Source: a virus
DNA: 64,000 bases
Virus record (IMG/VR): IMGVR_UViG_3300034071_000380
Location: 1-64,000 of that record
Strand: one strand, 5' to 3'
This document shows positions 1 through 8,646 of this stretch, in pieces (positions within the stretch are counted from its first letter, which is position 1; the number at the start of each line of letters is the position of its first letter). The position numbers were made by a program, and so were the translations under genes. Below the pieces are notes generated by a model. That model saw only the letters and a program-made list of their open reading frames with translations, did no database searches and had not been told where the DNA came from.

Positions 1-185
1 CCTTTAGATAAGCTAAAGTAGTATACCAAAATTTCTTTAGCTCGGTCAATACCAACACTGTCTATAACATCTTGCATTGCCCATTTTTCTCTAAACTTAT
101 TGATCTTGGGCATTGCTCCATACTTTTGCTTATATAAAGATTGATAAAAGCTTATTAATATGTATGGCTCTTTCTCACTTGGCAC
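1..185 (-). CDS. hypothetical phage protein, truncated by window edge (MPSEKEPYILISFYQSLYKQKYG...)
   Basis: Not in ORF track; GTG start at 185 overlaps the end of the upstream gene and the frame is open to position 1. Confidence 0.65.
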   Translation of the reverse strand, partial: MPSEKEPYILISFYQSLYKQKYGAMPKINKFREKWAMQDVIDSVGIDRAKEILVYYFSLSK

Positions 186-378
186 TCTTTAACTCTTCTT
201 CTACTTCACGAGTTTTTTGAATAAGCTTATCTTCTACAAACTTATACACACGCTCTGTTGCAAAATCAACTGTTTCTCCAAGTCGAAGGTCGTCTTCTAC
301 TCCGATACTAATTTTAATGCTTTCATAGTTGCCAAGATTTCTAGTAAACGATAGGTCTACTTTTACTTTAGTTGTCAT
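175..378 (-). CDS. small hypothetical phage protein
   Basis: ATG at 378 coupled (TAATG) to the upstream stop, with GGAG upstream; TRNLGNYESIK motif. Confidence 0.7.
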   Translation of the reverse strand: MTTKVKVDLSFTRNLGNYESIKISIGVEDDLRLGETVDFATERVYKFVEDKLIQKTREVEEELKSAK

Positions 379-860
379 TACTCCGCCTTCCATACAGGTA
401 CAAATTTTCCGTCTTCTGTCTTAGTATACAATATAATGTTGTGTTTGAGAATAGCCATCAATTCAGTTTTTGAAGGAAGTCTACCAGCATGACCTTCTTC
501 TGAAATAAATTCATGTAAATCTAATATGTCTTTTTGATTAAACATATACTTAGACCACTTGCTATCAGGATTTCCAATAGGATAAACTTTTTGTGGGGCT
601 TTTATTTTGCCCTCCAAAATATAATCTTCTATTGTAACTTTATGTTTTCCGAGGATCTCTCCGACCTGTACAGTTGTGTATGCATTTTCCATACTCTTAT
701 AAACTTGAGAGTAGGAATACATTACACGTTTTCTGTCTGGGTAACACCAAGCTATCAGTTCGTCTTTTGCCCTAGATGCTTTTAATACTTTATGTATCTT
801 ATCATTTAAGAAGAAATAGAGGAACTTCTTTTGTGCAGGGATTCTCTTTCGTCTAGCCAT
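378..860 (-). CDS. putative helix-turn-helix DNA-binding protein
   Basis: YTTVQVGEILGKHKVTIEDYILEGKI resembles a MerR/excisionase-type HTH. Confidence 0.6.
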   Translation of the reverse strand: MARRKRIPAQKKFLYFFLNDKIHKVLKASRAKDELIAWCYPDRKRVMYSYSQVYKSMENAYTTVQVGEILGKHKVTIEDYILEGKIKAPQKVYPIGNPDSKWSKYMFNQKDILDLHEFISEEGHAGRLPSKTELMAILKHNIILYTKTEDGKFVPVWKAE

Positions 861-991
861 TTTGCAAGCGCATTCGTTTCCTTATTAATCATCCATCGTT
901 TTCCACACATAACGCAGAACAGCTCCATGTGTAGCTTTTGAGAGAATACTCTATCAATGAATACTCTTCCGTCACATTTTTTACATCTCAT
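806..991 (-). CDS. small zinc-ribbon protein
   Basis: CKKC...CVMCG pairs. Confidence 0.65.
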   Translation of the reverse strand: MRCKKCDGRVFIDRVFSQKLHMELFCVMCGKRWMINKETNALAKWLDERESLHKRSSSISS

Positions 992-1794
992 TATAAACTA
1001 AACAACTTTCCATCAACCACGCATGTATAATTTGGAGATACATGAATCATTTGAACGTGTGGGTATTCTCCATTTTCAATATGTGCAATAGCAAATCCTT
1101 TTTGCCAGTCATGATGTTGAGTATATTTCATTCCTGGACCCTTTTCATCACACATATGTCCAATTTCATATCCACGTAAAGTTTCACCCAAGCCATTGTT
1201 TCTAAGTTCATATGTTACCATATGTGAAGCAATTCTGTGTGAGTGTCCTCTAATTAAAGACACCTGCATATCTTCCATATCTTTTCTAACTGCACCAGTT
1301 GCAGATACTGAAAGTCCATGGTGAACGTGAATGTCTCCAAATCGGCGGCGTGGCAGGCTATCATAATAAATATAATCGTATCCCAAAGAATCTAGACTCC
1401 ACAATGCTTCTGGGGTAACTTCATTTATATAATCAGGAAGCTTTGCGTCAACATAATTAAAAATTCTAACGTCGTGATTTCCTAATGCTGAAAACAATTG
1501 TGCGTCTGGAAGCATCTCACGAGTCTTTGCATAAAAATCTCTTGCGCCTTTTGCTTCATGCCTCATCATTGGAACAATTAAGTCACGGCTATCATCTTTG
1601 TGCAACTGCATAAATTCAGCAGAGCGTCCTTCTGTATATTTACTATAGCAAGCCTGATCATCCGTGTCTCCAAGATAATCTACCACATCTGGTTTAAACC
1701 ACTTCATAACTTTAAACCACAAAGCAATCATCTTATCGTCTTGATAAGGGAACTGCTGATCGGACGAGATCATCCATTTTAAATCATTTGACAT
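991..1794 (-). CDS. calcineurin-like metallophosphoesterase
   Basis: SD, LGD, GNHD, HHG and GHSH motifs in canonical order. Confidence 0.85.
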   Translation of the reverse strand: MSNDLKWMISSDQQFPYQDDKMIALWFKVMKWFKPDVVDYLGDTDDQACYSKYTEGRSAEFMQLHKDDSRDLIVPMMRHEAKGARDFYAKTREMLPDAQLFSALGNHDVRIFNYVDAKLPDYINEVTPEALWSLDSLGYDYIYYDSLPRRRFGDIHVHHGLSVSATGAVRKDMEDMQVSLIRGHSHRIASHMVTYELRNNGLGETLRGYEIGHMCDEKGPGMKYTQHHDWQKGFAIAHIENGEYPHVQMIHVSPNYTCVVDGKLFSL

Positions 1795-1849
1795 TAAACT
1801 ACCTTAATAATTAAAAAAGTCACGAATACGTGACTTAGATGTTACAGTA

Positions 1850-1877
1850 ATTGTAACATATGATTACTGATTGTCAA
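1850..1877 (-). promoter_or_regulatory. sigma70-type promoter for the phosphoesterase/DNA-binding operon
   Basis: TTGACA-N16-TACAAT on minus strand with TG extension; followed by hairpin AAGTCACG-N4-CGTGACTT (1817-1836). Confidence 0.65.
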
Positions 1878-1881
1878 TCTT

Positions 1882-2307
1882 TTAGCCGATATAGTTTTTA
1901 AGCTCTAGGGCAATCCAATTAATTGTATACTCTGTCTTGGTTGTTTTAGAATTGCTTGATCTGCCATAAACTCTATGATCTGCTCCGCTTTTCCCAACCC
2001 ATATTGTTAGTTGTTCCCCAGCTGGAACTGAGCTTCCTAATGACGCAACAACAATTGGGTTCACCAATGTGGTTCCGACTGGAATTGAAACTCCAGAAGT
2101 ATTTGATCCAGAGGTAAGGTTTAGTGTAACTGTTCCTACATTTCCAGTTAAAACTTTAGGATTTGATTGATCTCCAATTGTATTATTAAATAAATTATTA
2201 GAGGTTGTATATGTTGTAAGAATATCTTCTCTTAATTGATTTAATGCATTTGGATCTAATGGGGCACCCTCATTAAATGGAACGCTCTTTATTGAATTTG
2301 CTGCCAT
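1882..2307 (-). CDS. putative minor virion protein
   Basis: Beta-rich C-terminus ending INWIA, typical of phage fibre H-lectin-like ends; last gene of the tail operon. Confidence 0.5.
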   Translation of the reverse strand: MAANSIKSVPFNEGAPLDPNALNQLREDILTTYTTSNNLFNNTIGDQSNPKVLTGNVGTVTLNLTSGSNTSGVSIPVGTTLVNPIVVASLGSSVPAGEQLTIWVGKSGADHRVYGRSSNSKTTKTEYTINWIALELKNYIG

Positions 2308-2696
2308 TATAAATTTTCTCCTAATTCATGCATACTTACTTCAAAAGCGCTTACTTCTATCACCTTTGATCTATCTAAACCAAACTTATCAAATGAGTCT
2401 GGATCAACAATATGCCTCTTTTTATTTTGTGATATTAAATATATTTTACCATCTGCTATGTTCTTTATCAATGTGCCGTCTCTAAATCCTAATTTACCCG
2501 CCAGCTTAATTCCTGCCACTGCTGTCTCAGTAGCCTCAACTGTAGTAAACATCCAAGACGTGACTGCCCTGTCTGATATAAGCTTAAACCTTTTCCCATC
2601 TTTAATCCAATAGGTAGCCTTATCTGTTTTTACAGCTAAGCCAGATGGGAATTGGGTAGGACTACTTACTATCTTCTGTTGTTTCTTCTTGAACAT
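2307..2696 (-). CDS. hypothetical protein with a duplicated ~55-aa beta module
   Basis: Likely start MFKKKQ at 2696; two similar halves (GLAVKTDKATYWIKDGKRF / GTLIKNIADGKIYLISQNKKR). Confidence 0.6.
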   Translation of the reverse strand: MFKKKQQKIVSSPTQFPSGLAVKTDKATYWIKDGKRFKLISDRAVTSWMFTTVEATETAVAGIKLAGKLGFRDGTLIKNIADGKIYLISQNKKRHIVDPDSFDKFGLDRSKVIEVSAFEVSMHELGENL

Positions 2697-2817
2697 CTTT
2701 TTCCATAAGTTGAGTAAGCTCTGCCCGTAGTATTGCAATCTGAGTCTCATAGTTTGCTACAATCTCCCCAATGCGCTGCTGAAGGGCGGTAATAATTAAT
2801 TCTGCCTTTGTTGACAT
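2662..2817 (-). CDS. 51-aa coiled-coil protein (MSTKAELIITALQQRIGEIVANYETQIAILRAELTQL...)
   Basis: Read manually, below the ORF-track cutoff; fills the gap after the tail fibre gene; heptad pattern. Confidence 0.65.
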   Translation of the reverse strand: MSTKAELIITALQQRIGEIVANYETQIAILRAELTQLMEKDVQEETTEDSK

Positions 2818-2850
2818 TATTCTTCCAATCTATTAGTACTAAGGATAACA

Positions 2851-5334
2851 TTATCCTTCTAGGGCGTCAAGTCTTGTTTTCATAGATTTTATGCTTGCAT
2901 CTTGCTCTTGAATAAGCTGTAATAAAAATACAGGCAATGTTTCGTAAGCAAAGTAGTCTGGGACTCCCGTTGAATCATACTGAATTAATTCATCAAGCCC
3001 TAAATCTTGGGCTTCTTCAGCAATAAAACCGTATTGCTGAACACCTGTTTCATCATTTATGTATTTAAATTTTTTAACTGGCAAATTTAAAAGACCTTCT
3101 GAATTTATAGAGTAATTATCAATTTGTTCTTTGCGTCTACGAGTTGATGAAACGTAGCCATACGTTCCAGTTGTGCTAACACGCATTGCACGAGTAGTGC
3201 CTCCCATATCATTATTATAGGTTTGAGCAACACGAACATTTCCGCTTGATGATAAAAACTCAAACAATGAACCAGTTACTCCAAATGTAACTGATCCAGT
3301 TGCCAAAAGCCCACCTGTAATTTCTGTAGGCGCCTGTAAATAAACCCTGCTTGCAATTACATCAATAATTCCAGTTGATATGTTAGACTCCAAATATATA
3401 ACTTTATCTGAAGAAAGTTTGCCCCCAGATATTGTTAAAGTATTTCCAGCATATCCACCAGGAGATCCAGTAGATGTTAGTGAACCAGTAAATGTTCCTG
3501 TTGCAGCAGACAAAGAACCAGCAAATGATCCAGATGTTGCTGTAATTGCTCCAGATATACTTGCACCAGTTGCTATTAATTGGCCAGCAGCAGTTACTTC
3601 AAATCCACCTGAATTTAAAATTCTTCCTGTATCAAAAATTGTAAGGTTAGTTGTGGTAATTGTTCCATTGCTATTTAATGTTAAATTACCTGAAGACAAT
3701 GTTGAAGTTCCTATTGTCCAGCCAGCGATTGTGCTTGAAGATAGGCCAAGCGTAAATCTACCAGATGCGGTAGATCCACCATTTGCGCTATGATATATTC
3801 CAAGTGTGGGACTAATTATAACTGCGCTTCCAGATGAAGATCCTGCCCTAATTATTCCACTACTATCTAATTTAAATGTACCGCCAGAATTTTGTATTCC
3901 ATCTGCAGCAATTGTAATGCCACCAATTGTTCCACCCTCTGCTGTTATGGTTCCGCCAATACTTGCTCCAGTTGCAGTTAGTATTCCTCCAGTGTTAACA
4001 GAAAATTTGCCAGAAGATGTTGATATTTCTGTTGCTGTTAAAGAACCAGTTATGGTTAATCCTCCGCCAAGCGGGGCTTGAAGGACTGCGGTTGATCCAT
4101 TATAAATATACAGCCCAGCCAATATAGATGATGCTGGCACAGCAGCGCTTGATATTTCTATTCTAGAAGACCCTGCTGTTCCAGCACGAATAAATGATGT
4201 TGCGCTCAATGTTCCAGATTCAAGGTTATTTACAGATATTGTTCCAGCTGATAGCTTTGTTACATCAATTTCTCCAGCAAGAATCTTTCCTGCTGTAATT
4301 GCATTTGTTGCAATTTTATCTGCGATAATAGCGCCAGAAACAATTTTATCTGCAGTAATTGCATTAGCAATAATTTTTTGAGAAGTGACTGCATCATTTG
4401 CAATCTTAGTTTCTGTAATTGCAGAGGTTGCGATTTTAGCTTCAGTAACTGCATCGTTTACTAGTTTTGCATTTGAAATAATTGCATCTGCTAAATCTGT
4501 TCCTATTGCAGATCTTGCTCCAGATGATTGACTAGTAACGTTTGCACTAATTGCTGACTCTGCACCATTTTTATTTACAGAACTTGCATGGATATATACT
4601 GGAACATTATATCTAACATAAGTTCCATCTACTGGAACTACAATTTTATTTGAAATCTTGTTAGCGGTCATTTGACCTACTTTTATATATGTTCCTCCAG
4701 TTGCTGTTGCTGATGTTCCAGCATATATATTAATAGCTTCAAATCCAGTCCAGGCCGAACCATACGTTCCAGCCCAAGCTACTTCTATGCCTCCAAGTAT
4801 TCTTTCTGATGTAAATCCAGTCGGCGCCACGGGGGTTTGAATTTCTTCAACAATTTCTGTAACTGTGATTGTTCTTGCTGTACTAAATAAAGATTCTGTT
4901 CCGTCTACTGATATTGTTTTTAATTGAACAATGTATATTCCAGGAACTGCTGTAAATGTTTGTGTTCCAGCCTGCTTAAAAAATCCAGCAGGCTTTGTTC
5001 CGTCGCCAAATGTAGTTCCAGAAATATGTATGTTTACTCTATCAAAATTAGATGCGGCAGCAGATAAAGCATTATTCCCGCCCCATGTTACTTTGATAAA
5101 TCCTGCTCCGCCTACAACATCGCCAGACCCTAAACTAGGCTCTGAAGGTATTGTTGCAGATTGAGTAACAAATGTTTTTACTGAACTCCATGCGCCTAAT
5201 GTTCCGTTTTTATTTTTCCATCTGAATTGAAGTGGGTACGCAGTTCCTAAATCTAAATCTGTAATGCTAACTAGAAAATAATTACCATCATCTTTAGACT
5301 CTGATACATCTTTCAGTAGATCTTGATATGACAT
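2851..5334 (-). CDS. tail fibre/spike with C-terminal intramolecular chaperone (peptidase S74-like)
   Basis: FN3-like N-terminus, AITxxKI repeats, Gly/Thr-rich shaft, SSTRRRKEQI...YGFIAEE chaperone motif and terminal coiled coil. Confidence 0.8.
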   Translation of the reverse strand: MSYQDLLKDVSESKDDGNYFLVSITDLDLGTAYPLQFRWKNKNGTLGAWSSVKTFVTQSATIPSEPSLGSGDVVGGAGFIKVTWGGNNALSAAASNFDRVNIHISGTTFGDGTKPAGFFKQAGTQTFTAVPGIYIVQLKTISVDGTESLFSTARTITVTEIVEEIQTPVAPTGFTSERILGGIEVAWAGTYGSAWTGFEAINIYAGTSATATGGTYIKVGQMTANKISNKIVVPVDGTYVRYNVPVYIHASSVNKNGAESAISANVTSQSSGARSAIGTDLADAIISNAKLVNDAVTEAKIATSAITETKIANDAVTSQKIIANAITADKIVSGAIIADKIATNAITAGKILAGEIDVTKLSAGTISVNNLESGTLSATSFIRAGTAGSSRIEISSAAVPASSILAGLYIYNGSTAVLQAPLGGGLTITGSLTATEISTSSGKFSVNTGGILTATGASIGGTITAEGGTIGGITIAADGIQNSGGTFKLDSSGIIRAGSSSGSAVIISPTLGIYHSANGGSTASGRFTLGLSSSTIAGWTIGTSTLSSGNLTLNSNGTITTTNLTIFDTGRILNSGGFEVTAAGQLIATGASISGAITATSGSFAGSLSAATGTFTGSLTSTGSPGGYAGNTLTISGGKLSSDKVIYLESNISTGIIDVIASRVYLQAPTEITGGLLATGSVTFGVTGSLFEFLSSSGNVRVAQTYNNDMGGTTRAMRVSTTGTYGYVSSTRRRKEQIDNYSINSEGLLNLPVKKFKYINDETGVQQYGFIAEEAQDLGLDELIQYDSTGVPDYFAYETLPVFLLQLIQEQDASIKSMKTRLDALEG

Positions 5335-5335
5335 T

Positions 5336-6490
5336 TTAGAAATCCAAATCTAATCTATACTCTACGTCTACTGGTCTTCCAGCTAATTTTGATAATGGTA
5401 AGGCAAACACCGATCTACTAATTAATCCAAACTCTGGATCAAACGTATCCTCATCGTTTATCCTTAATCCATCTGCGCCAATAGATGTTGTTGTCGATGA
5501 ATTTGGAGTAACTATAATTCCTATTTGTGTAATATTTTTTTTATCGGGTGAATTTACTGAACCAGAAAAAATTGTACCTAGCGAAATGTCTGGGACAATC
5601 TTGTATCCTAAACCTGATTGAGGAGTAATTGTAATTTCATAATATTTAGTTGTTGTATTATAAAACCTTAGCTTTATGCTGGATAAATTTGAATCTTCTT
5701 TATAGTAAGCAAAGGATATGGAATCATTTACGCTATACCCAGAAAAATCTAACGGGTTTATATCTGAGATATATTCTCTTGCTGCCGTTCCATTTGAAGA
5801 CATTGTTAAAAGATTTCCACCAATTTTATAATTTGATGTTGACACAGTCGGATTACTTAAAGATGAATCTGCCCATAGCAGCGCATCTGAAAAATCAGAT
5901 ATATACTGACTATCAAAATTATTTACAGATGTTCTTGTTGATGGATAAATTCCAACTTCTGAAATTTCTGCTACGACATCTTGAGGAATAGTTGTTTTAT
6001 ATATTACGGAATATGTTGAAATACCCCCAGATGTTTCTATATCTGTACTGCCAAACAATACTGGCAATCTATAAAATTCAAAACCTAGTCTTGTGTCATT
6101 TTCTGTTGCCTTTTTAAAAGACCGTCCAGAAGTTGATCCAGAAACAGCTGTTCCTGTTGCAGCATTAGTTACAGTAAATTGTGTTGTGCTTCTTGAAGCA
6201 ACTGTAACATTTGTCAAATTAAAAGCTGAAGTAGATAACCCAGTAATGCTTACAACATCTCCTACGGCAAAGTAGTTATTTGCTGTGTATGTTACAGTTC
6301 CAGCTGATGCTGATGCTGCTGTAACCAAAGCTTCTTTTCTATCAATTCCAAAAGCCATATCTTTTTGTGTTGCAGTTATATTACCAGCAATAAAATTAGT
6401 CAAAAATCTTTTGCCAAACTTAGTAATAATATTGGATGAGCGGCAGATCTCCTTGCCATCTTGATAAAATACATATGTTCCTTTAATCAT
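5336..6490 (-). CDS. minor tail/baseplate protein
   Basis: Position in tail-tip operon; NIITKFGKRFL and ISEVGIY motifs. Confidence 0.6.
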   Translation of the reverse strand: MIKGTYVFYQDGKEICRSSNIITKFGKRFLTNFIAGNITATQKDMAFGIDRKEALVTAASASAGTVTYTANNYFAVGDVVSITGLSTSAFNLTNVTVASRSTTQFTVTNAATGTAVSGSTSGRSFKKATENDTRLGFEFYRLPVLFGSTDIETSGGISTYSVIYKTTIPQDVVAEISEVGIYPSTRTSVNNFDSQYISDFSDALLWADSSLSNPTVSTSNYKIGGNLLTMSSNGTAAREYISDINPLDFSGYSVNDSISFAYYKEDSNLSSIKLRFYNTTTKYYEITITPQSGLGYKIVPDISLGTIFSGSVNSPDKKNITQIGIIVTPNSSTTTSIGADGLRINDEDTFDPEFGLISRSVFALPLSKLAGRPVDVEYRLDLDF

Positions 6491-6903
6491 AGCTTTTCGG
6501 AAGGATTATAAATCCTTGCGTCTACCCCCTCAATATTTACTTTATCTTTACTTGTATTTGTTACCTTAATAACAATCTTTGCCTTTTCTACTTTAGTCAC
6601 TGGGTCATAATATTTTGTAGAACTAAATAGCTCTATGTCAGTTAAATTAGGAACGTCTGGCAAATCTCTTTCTTCTACGGCAGCTACGGCAGATGGATTT
6701 TCTATTGCTTCTCGTGTTCCTACTGATATAGGTGATCCAAATGATGCAGTTAGGTATCTACCATACTGTATTTCTGAAGATTTTGTAGTAATGATTGCAG
6801 AAGGATTAAACCAGATAGCGTCTGGATGACCCTCTGGTAAAACAATTTTAGGGTTAGAAACAATTGATTGTTCTGGAACTCTATTTGGATTTTCTGAAAC
6901 CAT
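6487..6903 (-). CDS. hypothetical tail-associated protein
   Basis: Start revised to ATG 6903, 6 nt downstream of TGGTATAAT. Confidence 0.55.
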   Translation of the reverse strand: MVSENPNRVPEQSIVSNPKIVLPEGHPDAIWFNPSAIITTKSSEIQYGRYLTASFGSPISVGTREAIENPSAVAAVEERDLPDVPNLTDIELFSSTKYYDPVTKVEKAKIVIKVTNTSKDKVNIEGVDARIYNPSEKL

Positions 6904-6927
6904 TTTTTTATTATACCATTTAGTCAA

Positions 6928-8646
6928 CTATAAAGTTCGACATGTAACAGTAGTCTCCAATCCTTGATTAAATGAGTTAGTCACGCTTGTTACAATTAAC
7001 TTTTCGGTGCCGTCAAAATCTTGGTACGGAGAAGTAACTGAAACTATATCTCCTACGTTTAACATAGGGTTTCCAAATACGGTTAAGTTTACAATCTTTC
7101 CTCTATTTACAACCTTTTCTTTAATCCATGTTGCAAGTTTTGTTACTGCATCTAATGTTTGCAGCCATCTTGATTCAAAAACAATTGGTTCTTTTGGACC
7201 GTAGGTAAAATCTTCATCAGTTATATATTCAAGTGTTCCTGAGTCTCCAATTGTATTTCCAAATAAATAAAATGAGGATCCAACTCCATCTGCCAGAGGT
7301 ATTGTGGTTGAAGAATTATTTAAAACATACGCTTCCCCGCCAAAATTAGAATACTTTTGAGAAATAATTTTTGCCAATGGGTTGGCCCCAGTTGACCACC
7401 TTACTGGAACTGATGGCCTAGAATCAAATTTAATTTCTCTTTTAACTATTTCTCTTACGGTTGTACCAAACTCTTCAAATGAGTTTAATTTTTTTGTAAC
7501 TTCGTCATCGTCAGAATAGTTTAGATATTGATAATCGCCATAAAGATTATTTAAAATATCATTTGAAAACTGCCCTTGATAAAAATTAATAGAATACTGT
7601 GAGTCTAGATATTCTTTAGATGTAATTTTTGAGGCAAATACATAATCGAACATTGCAGTTCCTTTTGTACAAATTAGGGCCACCCTGTTTGTTGGAGCCG
7701 CAGTTTTATAATCTCCAGCAGCCTTTTGCAAGCTTGCATTGTCTGATGCAGTTATCTTAAATCCATTTATGTATGCAGTTATGCTTATATTGCTTTGGTG
7801 AAACTTTACCTTTATATCAATGTTGTATGTCTTGCCGCCATAAATTCCATCTAAAGTTGTATCTAATGATTTTTGGCTAGTACTTAAATCTCTGATCCCG
7901 CCATTATAAATTTTTACAATTCTTACTGTTTTATTGTTAGAGCCAATTGATGCTGGGATAGTTTGAATTAATAAAGCGTATCCTTCTTTATGAAACTCAT
8001 CCATAAAAAACCCTATGCCAGCTCCCTGAATTGGATCTTCAAAAAGAGGAGTCATTTTTATGCTAGTTCCAAATGTAAAGTAGCCTGGCTCTGATGCATA
8101 AGAGCTTGCCAATATTGCACCAGTTCCTGGATTATATGTCCATGTATTCGCAAACGCCTGCAATGCAGAAAAATTTTTACTAACAATTGTAGACTTCTTT
8201 GCTTCTGTATTTGTTAGCTGTAAATAAGATTTACCAACTTCAAGTTTTGCTGGATTTTTGGGGTCTGCCTTTATTCCAGAATTATTAACTGCAAAAACTT
8301 CCATATAGAATTTAGGCATTTCTGTTTTATTTCCGAATGCGGAAACATTGTAGGGAGTTATTGTAAAAACATAAATTCCTCCTTCTACTAAACCAGTAAG
8401 CGTTAATGTGTGTTCTTTTAATGCTGAGTTTACAGAATAATCTGGATCTGTAATCAAGGACCCAGATAAAGCACCTGTCGCAAGGTACCTCTGTCTTGTT
8501 ACAACATATTTTGTAGCTGTCTGTTCTGCAGAAAGTCTAACTATTATTTGTACAGATGTTAAAGATACTTGCTTAATCTCTGGTCGAATTTGAAGTGTTT
8601 CTTCTTCAATTCCGTCAATTAGCAATCTGTTTGTCCAAGGTTGCAT
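6928..8646 (-). CDS. minor tail protein (tail hub C-terminal part, FN3 + lectin-like)
   Basis: Start revised to ATG 8646 (TAATG coupling); ends with GNPMLNVGDIVSV...TTVTCR, typical of tail hub proteins. Confidence 0.65.
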   Translation of the reverse strand: MQPWTNRLLIDGIEEETLQIRPEIKQVSLTSVQIIVRLSAEQTATKYVVTRQRYLATGALSGSLITDPDYSVNSALKEHTLTLTGLVEGGIYVFTITPYNVSAFGNKTEMPKFYMEVFAVNNSGIKADPKNPAKLEVGKSYLQLTNTEAKKSTIVSKNFSALQAFANTWTYNPGTGAILASSYASEPGYFTFGTSIKMTPLFEDPIQGAGIGFFMDEFHKEGYALLIQTIPASIGSNNKTVRIVKIYNGGIRDLSTSQKSLDTTLDGIYGGKTYNIDIKVKFHQSNISITAYINGFKITASDNASLQKAAGDYKTAAPTNRVALICTKGTAMFDYVFASKITSKEYLDSQYSINFYQGQFSNDILNNLYGDYQYLNYSDDDEVTKKLNSFEEFGTTVREIVKREIKFDSRPSVPVRWSTGANPLAKIISQKYSNFGGEAYVLNNSSTTIPLADGVGSSFYLFGNTIGDSGTLEYITDEDFTYGPKEPIVFESRWLQTLDAVTKLATWIKEKVVNRGKIVNLTVFGNPMLNVGDIVSVTSPYQDFDGTEKLIVTSVTNSFNQGLETTVTCRTL

